A stretch of DNA of 64,000 nucleotides from Candidatus Kuenenia stuttgartensis (GCA_945860915.1 CAMARR010000003.1:58535-122534); one strand, 5' to 3'. Counted from the first letter of the stretch, positions 27,664 to 37,665 are shown. Numbers and translations are program-made. The notes: generated from the sequence alone by a model not told the origin.

Positions 27664-29901
27664 ATGCAACGCCTCACTCTCGTCATCGCGTCACTCGCTC
27701 TTTGTCTGACAGTCGCTCAAGGGCAGAGCCTTGCCGATGTCATCCCCGCCGACACCCTCCTCTATGCGAAGCTCGTCGATCCGATCGGTGACTTCGAAAA
27801 ACTCAGTGGGTCCGGGGACGTTTGGGCGCGTCCTGACAAAGTCTCGTCCAAGTCCCGAAGCGCCACAGAGAAAAGCCTCAAGCGTGTCGACGAATCGATA
27901 GGCGTTCAGGGCGGAACCATGGACTCCTGGACTCGCGCCATCGGGTCCATTGAGATCGCACTTTTCTCGTTTGAGTTCGATTCCGAGTCATTTACTGGCG
28001 GCGGCGCGCCACCAACGCTCGACTTCGCTGCGATTCTCGAATCTCCGCTGGCGATCGAGATGTACAACCAATTCTCTGGCATGCTCATCGACTCTGGTGC
28101 CGGAACCCGCAACGAGCGCGGCGACATCGTGATCGATACCGGAGGCGAGCAACAGCCGCTGTTCAGCGTCCAAGGCACACGCATGATTCTCGCCGGCAAT
28201 GAAGATCGCCTCAACAAGGTAGTCGCGGCGTTCAAGCAGGGGCGCGATGTCAACCCACTTTCGGCAAGCGCCAACTTCAAAGCCGTGTGCGGTGCCTCGA
28301 AGGGCGCGCGCGTTGTCTACGGTCGGATGGGTCCGATCCTGCGCTTCATCTCGGAGAAACTCGACGACAGCGCGCGCGGCAGCATGGATAACATCCTCAA
28401 GCCGCTCGGCATGTACGACATCGATTCGGTGGGTTACTACGAAGATGGACCAAACGGCGTGATCACGATGAAAGGTGACAAGGACGTCAACCTATTCAAA
28501 CTCCTGAAGGGCGGAACGGCGACACCCGCGCTTCAAGGTCTTCTTCCCGAGGACACGGCCTTCGCATTAGGTCACGCAGCGAACTTCGCGGAGCACTATG
28601 GCCGTATCGAGGGCTTCTTAGTCGACCCCGCGACATTCCCGTTTGCGATGTTCGTGAGTGGCGGCCTCACGGGTCTCGTGATGCAAGCAGGACTCTCGCC
28701 CAAGGCGATCACCGAATCGATTAAGGAAGGATTCGCTGCGGCGCTCGTTCCAGACGAGAACGGTGACATCCAACCTCAGAATGCGTTGGTGATCCTTACC
28801 AAAGTGCCAGACCGTGCCGAGGCAGAGAAACTGCTCGACCGCGTCGGTAGGTCCTACGGCAAAGGCAAGGGAATTACGTACACGAAAGTTGAAGAAGGCG
28901 GAATCCTTTGGATGAAACCTGCGGATCCGAAGGCTGCAACTTCTCAACCTGCTCCGTCCGAAGGCGCTACCTCGCAACCAGCGACCACGCCTCCCGCCGA
29001 ACCACCTGCGAGATCGTCAACTCCCACGCAAGGTGAGACCGATGGTGGGCCGGAGCGTATCACCATCGGTGTGTCCATCGGCAACGAAGGCGGACTGCGC
29101 ACGGAAGTCGTCCGTGCAACTGATGACGCGCCGCAGGACGCCGAAAGCCGGCCGCGCAACTTCCGCGGACGCCGCAATACTCAACGGGCAATCTCGGAAG
29201 CGGACCGCAACGTGCTCGGCGCCTACGTCAATGGCTATGTGATTATGGGCAAAACAGTTCCCGTCAAGAAGGTCATCGCTTCGGTGACCGGCAAAGCCCC
29301 GACGCTCGCAGCAGCCGGTGCCTATGCGCGCCTTCCTCAACAAGCGACCTTCTTCGTCAATCTTGGACTTAAGTCCATCTTCAAGTCGATCCCCGATTTC
29401 GCCGGCGCATTCTCTTTGCTCAAGGGCACGCAGTCGATCGGCATTGCCGCCGTCGCAACGGACACGACCGTCACTATCACGTCTAACCGAGCGTCCGGTC
29501 AGCTTTGGGGCATCTTCGCCGCAGCCGGAATGGCGGGAGAACAAGACCGTGGCGATCGCACGGCAATTGTTGACGCGCTCCGCGATATTGGGAAGCGAAC
29601 CACTGACTACGCAGCGGCGAAAAAGGCGTGGCCAAAATCGCTCGCGGACCTCGGCTATCCTGCGGACAAGCCACTCGTCTTCGCCGATAGCGAGGGCAAG
29701 ATGAAGCCAATCGTATTCCTCCCTCCGAAGGGACCAGCGGACAAGCCGGACTCCGCATTTGGCACCAATGGCCAACGCGTTCTGTTGGCGTATTGGGATT
29801 CGATGGACATGGGACGCCTCTGCGTGAGCCTCGATGGCGGCGCGTGGGGTTGGAGCGAATCTGAATTCATCGGCGCCCTGCGTCGGTACAACGGGAACTG
29901 A
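27664..29901 (+). CDS. Secreted DUF3352-like hypothetical protein with Pro/Thr-rich insertion and pseudopilin-like C-terminal tail
   Basis: Signal peptide MQRLTLVIASLALCLTVAQ, ADVIPADTLLY start, LLPEDT repeat, ATSQP linkers, C-terminal DYAAAKKAWPKSLADL. Alternative start 27598. Confidence 0.65.
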   Translation: MQRLTLVIASLALCLTVAQGQSLADVIPADTLLYAKLVDPIGDFEKLSGSGDVWARPDKVSSKSRSATEKSLKRVDESIGVQGGTMDSWTRAIGSIEIALFSFEFDSESFTGGGAPPTLDFAAILESPLAIEMYNQFSGMLIDSGAGTRNERGDIVIDTGGEQQPLFSVQGTRMILAGNEDRLNKVVAAFKQGRDVNPLSASANFKAVCGASKGARVVYGRMGPILRFISEKLDDSARGSMDNILKPLGMYDIDSVGYYEDGPNGVITMKGDKDVNLFKLLKGGTATPALQGLLPEDTAFALGHAANFAEHYGRIEGFLVDPATFPFAMFVSGGLTGLVMQAGLSPKAITESIKEGFAAALVPDENGDIQPQNALVILTKVPDRAEAEKLLDRVGRSYGKGKGITYTKVEEGGILWMKPADPKAATSQPAPSEGATSQPATTPPAEPPARSSTPTQGETDGGPERITIGVSIGNEGGLRTEVVRATDDAPQDAESRPRNFRGRRNTQRAISEADRNVLGAYVNGYVIMGKTVPVKKVIASVTGKAPTLAAAGAYARLPQQATFFVNLGLKSIFKSIPDFAGAFSLLKGTQSIGIAAVATDTTVTITSNRASGQLWGIFAAAGMAGEQDRGDRTAIVDALRDIGKRTTDYAAAKKAWPKSLADLGYPADKPLVFADSEGKMKPIVFLPPKGPADKPDSAFGTNGQRVLLAYWDSMDMGRLCVSLDGGAWGWSESEFIGALRRYNGN

Positions 29902-31838
29902 CCATCGACCGGTCGAAGAACTCACGTCTTCTCACGGCGGGCGCCGCGATCCTCGCGACGTCCGCCGGTCTCGTTCTCTTATTCCCGCTTCTCCGCTTCC
30001 TGCTGATCTACTCGCGGAATGCCCTTCTTGCCGGAGACGGCGGCGATGACTGGCTCTATCTCTTCTATGTCGAAACCGGACTAGCGAAAATCCTCGGGAC
30101 CGACCCCCGCGCTCTCCTCAATGCCGGCTATTTCTTCCCAACACATGAAACCAGCCTGCTCTTTACCGAGCATCACCTCGGTTTCACCGCGCTCCTCGCG
30201 CCCTTAAAGGCATGGATACCTGACACTCTGCAGTTGATGAGCGTAGGCACCATCATCGCGATCGTGGGTGGGCTTGCCGGCACATTCGCTTGGTCGCGGT
30301 ATGTCGGCGCGACCCGCTTCGCATCGCTTGTGGCGACACTCGCATTCGCAGGATCGGGAGGCTTCCTCGCGTTGATGCCACGACCGTTCTTTTGGGCCAT
30401 CGGATTAGTGCCCGTAGTCGCCATGCTCGCTAGTCAAGTTGCGAGGAAGCCGACGATTGCCCGCGGCCTCGCGTTCGGTCTCGTGCTCGGCTACCTCGGC
30501 TGGTGCTCCTCACACCTCGCGGTCATGGGCGCGGTCTTCGCAACCCTTGGGCTCTTGGTTCCAACTACCGACTCGGAGGAGCCGTTGCCGCGTTTCACGC
30601 GGCGCGCGGGCGCGATGCTTGCCCTCGGATGCCTCGTTGCTTTGGCCGTCGTTGCCCCGTTTGCGGTCCCTCAAGCAAGTACCCTCATGAGCAACGGATT
30701 CGAGCGATCACTTTCAGATCAAGCTCGCGAGGTCCCATCAGTTTCGGGCCTTGTGGGCACCCCTTGGATGGCGACTCGACGTTGGCTTGAGTCCACGTTC
30801 CAGATCGCTCCACCGCAAGGAGAAGTGTTCTCCGGGATGTCGCCATGGCTTGCGCTCGCGCTGATCGTTGCCGCTGGAATTGCCCTTTGCAAAGTCAGTC
30901 CCCGCGTTGGGTCGCGCCCAATTGGCCCGGCGCTCATCGTCGGCGCCATCGGTACCTGCCTCGCGTGGCTCGTTCCCGAGGAGATTGCAGGCATCGCGGT
31001 CGATCGGCCTGCCACCGCCATTACGTACGGAATCGCCGGCCTCATGAGTGTTCTTCTGTGGCGCCGCCTTGCTGAAGTCGTACGCTCGCCCTTTGGCGCG
31101 GCAACGATGGCTACATTCCTCCTTGCATGCATGACGCTTGGCCCAATGCTGAGGACGGATCACGGCGCGATCCCCACCCCAGCATTGCTCGTGTGTCGCC
31201 TCCCGGGGCTCTCAGCAATCCGGCTTTCGGCGCGCTGGGGAATCGTGATGAACCTCGCTGCCGCAGGTGCGTTTGCCGCCGCATTGACGTCAATTCGGCG
31301 AGCGAGCCTTCGCGGTGCAGCCTGTCTCCTCGCGGCGTTCCTTATCAGCTACGACGTTGTCCAAGAGAACCACTTCGACGCGGAGATGCCTTTCCCGCAA
31401 CAATCGAAGCTAAGCGAACGCGCGGTCGATCGCATCCTGAAGGCACTTCCGCGTGAGGGCGCTGTGATGGAGCTCCCATGGCTGGATGGACCAAAGGAGG
31501 TTCCGCGCATGATGGCGATTCACTTCCACGGTCGGCCGCTGGTCAACGGATACGCAGGTATGGTTCCAGCGTTCTTCGCGTATCACGCGGCACAGTCGGC
31601 GCCGGCGCTCATCAATGGTCGCACGCCCAATGACTACGAGTTCTCAAGCTTCCGCGCGTTCGGAGCGCGGTACTGGGTCATTCACCTCGACCGCATGCCG
31701 CCAAGCGCGGAGGCCACCTGGAGACAACCCCGCACCCCATTGAACGTCGTCGCTGAATGCGACGGGGGCCGCACCCTCATACTTGAGGATCCGGCCCCTT
31801 CAATTGCGAGTCTGACGGACCTGCCGTCGTCACGCTAG
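29898..31838 (+). CDS. Polytopic membrane protein, GT-C/YfhO-like; probable non-canonical CTG start
   Basis: Frame is open from 29865 with no ATG/GTG/TTG until 30234. The extension encodes a TM helix, GDGGDD and NAGYFFP...LLFTEHHLG. CTG 29898 overlaps the upstream TGA. C-terminal AVMELP...HGRPLVNGY. Confidence 0.7.
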   Translation: MTIDRSKNSRLLTAGAAILATSAGLVLLFPLLRFLLIYSRNALLAGDGGDDWLYLFYVETGLAKILGTDPRALLNAGYFFPTHETSLLFTEHHLGFTALLAPLKAWIPDTLQLMSVGTIIAIVGGLAGTFAWSRYVGATRFASLVATLAFAGSGGFLALMPRPFFWAIGLVPVVAMLASQVARKPTIARGLAFGLVLGYLGWCSSHLAVMGAVFATLGLLVPTTDSEEPLPRFTRRAGAMLALGCLVALAVVAPFAVPQASTLMSNGFERSLSDQAREVPSVSGLVGTPWMATRRWLESTFQIAPPQGEVFSGMSPWLALALIVAAGIALCKVSPRVGSRPIGPALIVGAIGTCLAWLVPEEIAGIAVDRPATAITYGIAGLMSVLLWRRLAEVVRSPFGAATMATFLLACMTLGPMLRTDHGAIPTPALLVCRLPGLSAIRLSARWGIVMNLAAAGAFAAALTSIRRASLRGAACLLAAFLISYDVVQENHFDAEMPFPQQSKLSERAVDRILKALPREGAVMELPWLDGPKEVPRMMAIHFHGRPLVNGYAGMVPAFFAYHAAQSAPALINGRTPNDYEFSSFRAFGARYWVIHLDRMPPSAEATWRQPRTPLNVVAECDGGRTLILEDPAPSIASLTDLPSSR

Positions 31839-31845
31839 GTTCGGC

Positions 31846-33108
31846 TCATTGAGCCGTGGCACTCACTCCGTTCGAGATGAGTGCGATGCCCGATGGCGCG
31901 CCCTCCTCATACACACAGAGGGCCAGTCGGAATCCGATGCCTGCCACTGCGGGGTGCGTTGGCACCGCGAAGAAGCCCGTCGCATGGCCGGCACCATTGA
32001 GCGCTCCGTAGAAGTTGGTGAACCATGTGGGACTGGGCGAAAGGACGTTCCACATGAACAACTCGTCTACCGCAACCGGGAGAACGCGCATGTCGTTGGC
32101 ATCAAGATAGTCTCCCATCAGCGTGTCGCCGCCGCCCGAGAGTGAAATCACCGCTTGGTAGTACGCGCCTGGGTATTGCGGCGCATTAAACGCGACCGGT
32201 ACCACGGCGCCACGCACGAGCGCGCTGCCGAGCGTCAATTCCTCGAATCGGAAGCCATTGACGAGAGTCGAACTCAGTCCATTGCACGTCAACACGACGT
32301 TGACAGGACCCGTCGCAGTCATAGCGGACGGCGTAACGAATGTCATCGTCGAGCTGTTAAGCACCGTCACGTCAATCGCCGGGATCCCACCGACGGTCAC
32401 CGTCGTCGCATTCGATGTGAGATTGGAACCAGTCACCGTCACGGTCGTACCACCCACAGCCGAGCCCGATACCGGGAACACGGACCCAAGGCTCGGCGTA
32501 GCGACGCCGTAGATCGCACGGGCGCCACTGATGTCGTCGGCGTCGAGGGTACGGAGCGCAGTCGAGCCTGCGGCAACGCTGGGGTACATTGAAGCGCTCG
32601 GCACTGCACTATGGTCAAGACCCAGCGCATGGCCGAACTCGTGAACCGCAACCGACCTGATGTCGAACTGCGACGCAGTTGGATTTCGCGCCCACACGAA
32701 GTTAGTGAGCCCGTCCTTAGCGTAGTACTCAATATCGAATTGAAGTGCCACGCCACCGACAGACCACCAGTAACAGATGGCGAGTGCGCCATTGCCATCG
32801 GTCGGGCTGTAGTGAACGGAATTCACACCGTCGTAGGCGACAGAGGCTACCGACGACGTACCCGTGTAGTTGAAGTCAAACGGAACCTGCGCTTGTTGAT
32901 GCCACGCAGAAGCTCCCGCAGTCACTTCTGCAACCTGCTGGGTCGGCGTGCCGGCCGCGGCGCCTGGGAAGTTGGGGTTCACGACATAGGAGACCGCTGA
33001 TGAGTTCCAGTGGATTCCGGTCAATGAGTAGGCTGACACCTCTTCGCGATGTGCGACGAAGAGTGCGCCAGAAGCCAAGGCCAAGGTGAGGATGGCGTTG
33101 ATTTTCAT
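31846..33108 (-). CDS. Matrixin (M10) metalloprotease with IPT/TIG domain and C-terminal domain
   Basis: HEFGHALGLDH zinc motif, SMYP Met-turn, P-x-SG-x3-GGTTVTVTGSN (IPT); signal peptide; ATG 33108 with AGGAG. Confidence 0.9.
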   Translation of the reverse strand: MKINAILTLALASGALFVAHREEVSAYSLTGIHWNSSAVSYVVNPNFPGAAAGTPTQQVAEVTAGASAWHQQAQVPFDFNYTGTSSVASVAYDGVNSVHYSPTDGNGALAICYWWSVGGVALQFDIEYYAKDGLTNFVWARNPTASQFDIRSVAVHEFGHALGLDHSAVPSASMYPSVAAGSTALRTLDADDISGARAIYGVATPSLGSVFPVSGSAVGGTTVTVTGSNLTSNATTVTVGGIPAIDVTVLNSSTMTFVTPSAMTATGPVNVVLTCNGLSSTLVNGFRFEELTLGSALVRGAVVPVAFNAPQYPGAYYQAVISLSGGGDTLMGDYLDANDMRVLPVAVDELFMWNVLSPSPTWFTNFYGALNGAGHATGFFAVPTHPAVAGIGFRLALCVYEEGAPSGIALISNGVSATAQ

Positions 33109-33121
33109 GATGACTCCTGAC

Positions 33122-33580
33122 TCACTTCTTTTCGCAAAGTGAAAGAATGGAAGAACGCAGACCCGCATAGGTCTGACCCTTGATCTCGCGGATCGAGTCG
33201 CCGACGACGGTGAACTTTCCGCGGAACCAGCCGTAAACTTCCGACGAGGCCGACTCTCGACGCAGGAAACAAACGACCTTCTCCCCTGCGGAGAAAACGG
33301 GCGCATCGCCAACGTGTTGAGTCACGTTGCCGACGGTGCCTCCAGGGACAGTTACAAGGACTGATGAGGCTGCTGATCCCTTAAGGGTCTCAGTTACTTC
33401 GACCCTGACGGTCGTCTCGATCCTCGTGTGGGTGTCATTCCAGGCTGACTCAATTGACTTGACGGATCCTACAACGACGCGACCTGAACCCTCGCAAAGT
33501 TGCGCGAGTGAAAGCGGTCGAACTGAGAGATCCGGGACAACAAGCGCGAGCACGAGCGCACATAACGATGAATAACGCAT
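33122..33580 (-). CDS. Secreted hypothetical protein, matrixin partner
   Basis: Signal peptide; L-x2-L-x6-VVVGSV...IETTV...ETLKG...PGGTVG...APVFSAGEKVVCFL pattern; 13 nt upstream of the matrixin gene. Confidence 0.75.
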   Translation of the reverse strand: MRYSSLCALVLALVVPDLSVRPLSLAQLCEGSGRVVVGSVKSIESAWNDTHTRIETTVRVEVTETLKGSAASSVLVTVPGGTVGNVTQHVGDAPVFSAGEKVVCFLRRESASSEVYGWFRGKFTVVGDSIREIKGQTYAGLRSSILSLCEKK

Positions 33581-33732
33581 GACTTCGATACCTCCGTGGG
33601 ATGCGAGGTCCGCCGCAGGGGATGGGCGGACACTCCTTCGCCGGAATTTTTATCGGCGCGACCCCTGCGCTACTGAACACGGAATATCGTCAGATGAATA
33701 AATGACGTCGATGTAACTTTATGTCAAATACA

Positions 33733-34458
33733 TCAATCGGTGCGGCCATCGGGGTGAAGCAGTGTTGCGCCGACGACTGCACACGGTGCCACGAACGGCA
33801 GCGTCACGATGGGAAATAGGAGCAACCAGACGGCAAGCCCAAATCCCGTGGTTTCGAGAATGTTCGACGACATGCGATTGAGCTTCGATCGAAGCGGTCG
33901 TCCGCGAATGTCGAACGGATAAGAGAGGAACGGATAACCCGCTAGCCACCACGAAATCACCGTGCCGATGATTGGGCCGATAGGCGGAAACGAGAGCGAA
34001 ATTAGCACGGCTAAAATCGCGCCCACTAAGGAGACTAAGAGATTCCCGGATTCAATTCGTATGGCCAGCAGAATCGAATCCAGCACGCTTCTTTGTGGTG
34101 CTTCAACATTCCGATCACCGAGCATCTCTTTGGCCACTCGAAAGGAAAGCGCTTCGTTGAACGGTCCTCCCAGCACCCCCGCGAGGAGAAGATAGGAAAG
34201 CAACAACACGGGGAGCATCGCAATCCACAAAAGGACACGCACGATCCACTCGGCAGCCGACTCCCACCATGACCCTGTGGAGCGGAGAGCTTCGATCATC
34301 CATGGCTCCACGATGCGGATCCATCCCCAGGCGACTAGCACGAGCACCAGAACATTGAGCAAGATCGGAATTGCTGCGAGCGGCCATAGCCGCGGGCGTT
34401 GGAGCAAATGCACCCATCCCCGAAACGGCGCGAGCCATCCCGACACGAAGGCGCTCAT
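33733..34458 (-). CDS. EI24/CysZ-like membrane protein
   Basis: LWPLAAIPILLN, PFNEALS, multiple TM segments, PCAVVGATLL. Confidence 0.8.
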   Translation of the reverse strand: MSAFVSGWLAPFRGWVHLLQRPRLWPLAAIPILLNVLVLVLVAWGWIRIVEPWMIEALRSTGSWWESAAEWIVRVLLWIAMLPVLLLSYLLLAGVLGGPFNEALSFRVAKEMLGDRNVEAPQRSVLDSILLAIRIESGNLLVSLVGAILAVLISLSFPPIGPIIGTVISWWLAGYPFLSYPFDIRGRPLRSKLNRMSSNILETTGFGLAVWLLLFPIVTLPFVAPCAVVGATLLHPDGRTD

Positions 34459-34649
34459 GGTTTGTCACGCAGGTGTGGAGCGAACCTGAGATAAAGGACA
34501 CAGAGCACCGTGATTGCAAGCCCAAGAAGCAACAGGTGCCTGGCATCTGATGCTCCACGGCTCATTCGCAAGGCACTGATCCCTGCGAGAACAAGGCCGA
34601 AGATCGCGAACGATCGCATCAGGAAGCGGTGCACGGGAAGAAGCCTCAT
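34455..34649 (-). CDS. Small two-TM hypothetical protein
   Basis: 64 aa with two hydrophobic helices; ATGA overlap with the EI24 gene. Confidence 0.55.
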   Translation of the reverse strand: MRLLPVHRFLMRSFAIFGLVLAGISALRMSRGASDARHLLLLGLAITVLCVLYLRFAPHLRDKP

Positions 34650-34674
34650 GACAAGTTCTCGTTATTGGTGGGTG

Positions 34675-36345
34675 TCACTTGGAAACAGACCCGAGGCACC
34701 AGTTGAGGACGTGGGGGCCCATTCCCTTGACGCCCTTCCCCAAAAGCGTCCATTCGGAGATCTCGGCAATCGGAACCCACGCAACTTCATCACGGATTTT
34801 CTCGAGCAATCGTCCGGAGACATTCATGCGATTGAGTCCCGGCTCTTGCAAACAGAACTCTTCATAGAGCCGATCAACCTCTGGCGAGGCAAAGTGCCCG
34901 TAGTTTGCACCCCACGAGCCCGAGACCTTATCCGTCGTGAAGAGTTGGAAGTAGTTTTCCGCATCCGGGTAGTCGATGAACCAGGACGTCCATGCGATGC
35001 CGAAGTCTCCGCGGCCAAGCCTATCCATGAATGGCCCGATCTGTTCGACCTTCGGTACGAGCGTGATCCCCACCTCGGCAGACTGCCTCACCATGAGGTC
35101 CACCGCTTTGGTAATCCGAGGATCACCGAAATCTGTGAAAACGAAGTCGAGTGGCGGCAGCTGCTTCTCCGGCCCAAAGCCCTCCCGCTGCAATGCGGCC
35201 TTCGCCTTCAAAACGTCGCGACGTGCTAGTGACCAAGGCGTATTTTTGATCATGTCCTGTTCGGGGAGCGCGAGCGGCAGCGGAGAATCTGTTCGCTTGG
35301 CGTAGCCCGTGAAGCCTGCCTTGACGATCGCGTCGCGATCGAGCGACAACGCCATTGCCTCCCGAATACCCTTCTTCGACAGTACCGGACTCCCACAATT
35401 GAACACGAGGTACGCGGTCGTGAGCGGTAGCGTGGGCTGCATCGTGACTCCCTTCCCTTTCATCGCGGGGAGCAGGGTGCGATCGGCGTTCAGAAAGAAC
35501 TTCACTTGGGGAGCAAGAAGCTCGACCGCATCGAGCTCACCGGCAATGAATCGAGTGGCGACCGCTTCGGGGTCCGAGACCGGCTCAAGGCGCAGTTCCT
35601 CAATGTTCCCGTCGTGAAGGCCCCGTCCGTCGCGATGACGCGAAAATCGGGTCACAAACTGTGTTCGTTCAATGACCCGGAATGGGCCGGTGCCCACGGG
35701 GTGCTCGGAGAGATCTCGTCCGTACTTGCGGAAAGCCTCGATGGGGACGATCGACGCCCATGTCTGGGTGAGGAGTGCCCGGAGTTGAGGAAACGGTCGG
35801 GTTAACGTGATGACGACTGTGTCTCCGTCCACCCTGAACCCCGACGGAATTGCATCGTAGTCAGCCGCCCGATTGCTCGTCGCCTTCTCACGCCACGAGT
35901 CCAATCCGTCGACGCGACCCTCAAGGAACAACTTCCAAGCAGGGCTCGGAATCTCAGGGTCCGCGATTCGGAGTAGTGAGAACACCACATCCTGCGGCGT
36001 CACAGCCCGGCCCTTTCCTCCCTCAAAGCAAGCATCTGCCTGGAAGGTGGCCCCCGGCATCATCTTGAGGCGAACCACCTTTCGCTCCGCGTCAACGGGG
36101 AGCCATTCGCAAAGCCCGGGGACGACTGTGATCTTTCCGTCGGCCCCAACGCCGGCACGTAGGGGTGATTCGAAGACCTGCTGAAAGTGGCGTTGATGCA
36201 GCAAGTCGATAATCCGCGCCGGATCGAAAGTAGTCGGGGTCGCGGAAACCGAAATTCTGAGCAACCGTGGCTTGGCCGAAGCCTGACCGAGGGTCGGTAG
36301 ACACGTCAACACAAGGGTCGCAAGAACGATGACAAACCGGGTCAT
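34675..36345 (-). CDS. ABC transporter substrate-binding protein, family 5 (OppA/DppA-like)
   Basis: [15 protein letters not shown]-x-[20 protein letters not shown]-x2-[11 protein letters not shown] 36345 with GGGAG; signal peptide ending TLG|Q. Confidence 0.88.
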   Translation of the reverse strand: MTRFVIVLATLVLTCLPTLGQASAKPRLLRISVSATPTTFDPARIIDLLHQRHFQQVFESPLRAGVGADGKITVVPGLCEWLPVDAERKVVRLKMMPGATFQADACFEGGKGRAVTPQDVVFSLLRIADPEIPSPAWKLFLEGRVDGLDSWREKATSNRAADYDAIPSGFRVDGDTVVITLTRPFPQLRALLTQTWASIVPIEAFRKYGRDLSEHPVGTGPFRVIERTQFVTRFSRHRDGRGLHDGNIEELRLEPVSDPEAVATRFIAGELDAVELLAPQVKFFLNADRTLLPAMKGKGVTMQPTLPLTTAYLVFNCGSPVLSKKGIREAMALSLDRDAIVKAGFTGYAKRTDSPLPLALPEQDMIKNTPWSLARRDVLKAKAALQREGFGPEKQLPPLDFVFTDFGDPRITKAVDLMVRQSAEVGITLVPKVEQIGPFMDRLGRGDFGIAWTSWFIDYPDAENYFQLFTTDKVSGSWGANYGHFASPEVDRLYEEFCLQEPGLNRMNVSGRLLEKIRDEVAWVPIAEISEWTLLGKGVKGMGPHVLNWCLGSVSK

Positions 36346-36447
36346 TCGAGACTCCCTTTCCCGTTCGCCCGGGACGGCGTTGGGGGCAACTTCTTGACGG
36401 CTAGAGTACCCGACTTCGGGCCCAAGGCCCAACGCGAGATCCATACC

Positions 36448-37665
36448 ATGAACAAGATCAAAGTCGTCAAGCCGGTCGTTGAACTCGACGGCGACGAGAT
36501 GACACGAATCATCTGGCAGTTCATCAAAGAACAGTTGATTCTCCCCTACCTCGACATCCAACTCGAGTATTACGACCTAGGCATCGAGTACCGAGACAGT
36601 ACGAACGACCAAGTCACGGTCGATTCAGCTCGAGCGATCGCGAAGCATGGTGTCGGCGTCAAATGCGCCACCATCACGCCCGACGAGGCGCGGGTCAAAG
36701 AGTTCAACCTCAAGAAGATGTGGAAGTCGCCGAACGGGACGATTCGCAACATCCTTGGAGGCGTGATCTTCCGCGAGCCGATCATCATTTCGAACATTCC
36801 CCGTTTGGTGCCACACTGGACGAAGCCGGTGGTCGTGGGTCGTCACGCATTCGGCGATCAGTATCGCGCCACGGATTTCCGGGTCCCCGGCGCCGGCGCC
36901 CTAACCCTGACGTTCACCCCGAAGGACGGAAGCGCGCCGATCCAACATGAGGTGTATCAATTCGAGGGCTCGGGCGTCGCCATGGCGATGTACAACGTCG
37001 ACGAGTCCATTCGGGACTTCGCGCGAGCTTCCTTGCGGTACGGTCTTGCGCGCAACTACCCCGTCTACCTCTCGACGAAAAACACGATCCTGAAGGCCTA
37101 CGATGGGCGCTTCAAGGACATCTTCGCCGAGGTCTACGAGACCGAATTCAAAGCCGAGTTCGAGAACGCAAAACTCACCTACGAGCACCGCCTCATCGAC
37201 GACATGGTGGCAGCGTGCCTCAAGTGGGAAGGCGGCTATGTTTGGGCGTGCAAGAACTACGACGGTGACGTCCAGAGCGACACGGTGGCTCAAGGCTTCG
37301 GCTCGTTAGGTCTCATGACCTCAGTGCTCATGACGCCAGACGGAAAGACGGTGGAAGCCGAAGCGGCCCACGGCACGGTGACTCGGCACTACCGCCTCCA
37401 TCAAGAGGGCAAGCCCACATCTACCAACCCGATCGCGTCGATCTTCGCATGGACGCGCGGACTGGCCCATCGCGGCAAGCTGGACGGCACCCCCGCCGTG
37501 ACGCAATTCGCGGATACACTCGAGCGCGTGACAATCAAGACCGTTGAGGAGGGCAAGATGACTAAAGACCTCTCGCTCCTCATCGGTCCGAAGCAGCCGC
37601 ACCTCACCACCGAACAGTTCCTCGAAGCCGTTCGCTCCAACCTCGAAACCGCGATGAGGCGCTAA
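36448..37665 (+). CDS. icd: NADP-dependent isocitrate dehydrogenase
   Basis: [54 protein letters not shown]. Confidence 0.97.
   Translation: MNKIKVVKPVVELDGDEMTRIIWQFIKEQLILPYLDIQLEYYDLGIEYRDSTNDQVTVDSARAIAKHGVGVKCATITPDEARVKEFNLKKMWKSPNGTIRNILGGVIFREPIIISNIPRLVPHWTKPVVVGRHAFGDQYRATDFRVPGAGALTLTFTPKDGSAPIQHEVYQFEGSGVAMAMYNVDESIRDFARASLRYGLARNYPVYLSTKNTILKAYDGRFKDIFAEVYETEFKAEFENAKLTYEHRLIDDMVAACLKWEGGYVWACKNYDGDVQSDTVAQGFGSLGLMTSVLMTPDGKTVEAEAAHGTVTRHYRLHQEGKPTSTNPIASIFAWTRGLAHRGKLDGTPAVTQFADTLERVTIKTVEEGKMTKDLSLLIGPKQPHLTTEQFLEAVRSNLETAMRR

Noticed and set aside
29017-29925. 302-aa minus-strand ORF
   Set aside because: Shadow of the DUF3352-like gene.
33109-33312. Longer matrixin start, or a frameshifted fusion with the upstream gene
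   Set aside because: The upstream gene has its own stop (33122), and the matrixin has its own AGGAG RBS and signal peptide at 33108.
36346-36561. Head-to-head overlap between the solute-binding protein and icd
   Set aside because: It disappears with the better-supported starts 36345 and 36448.
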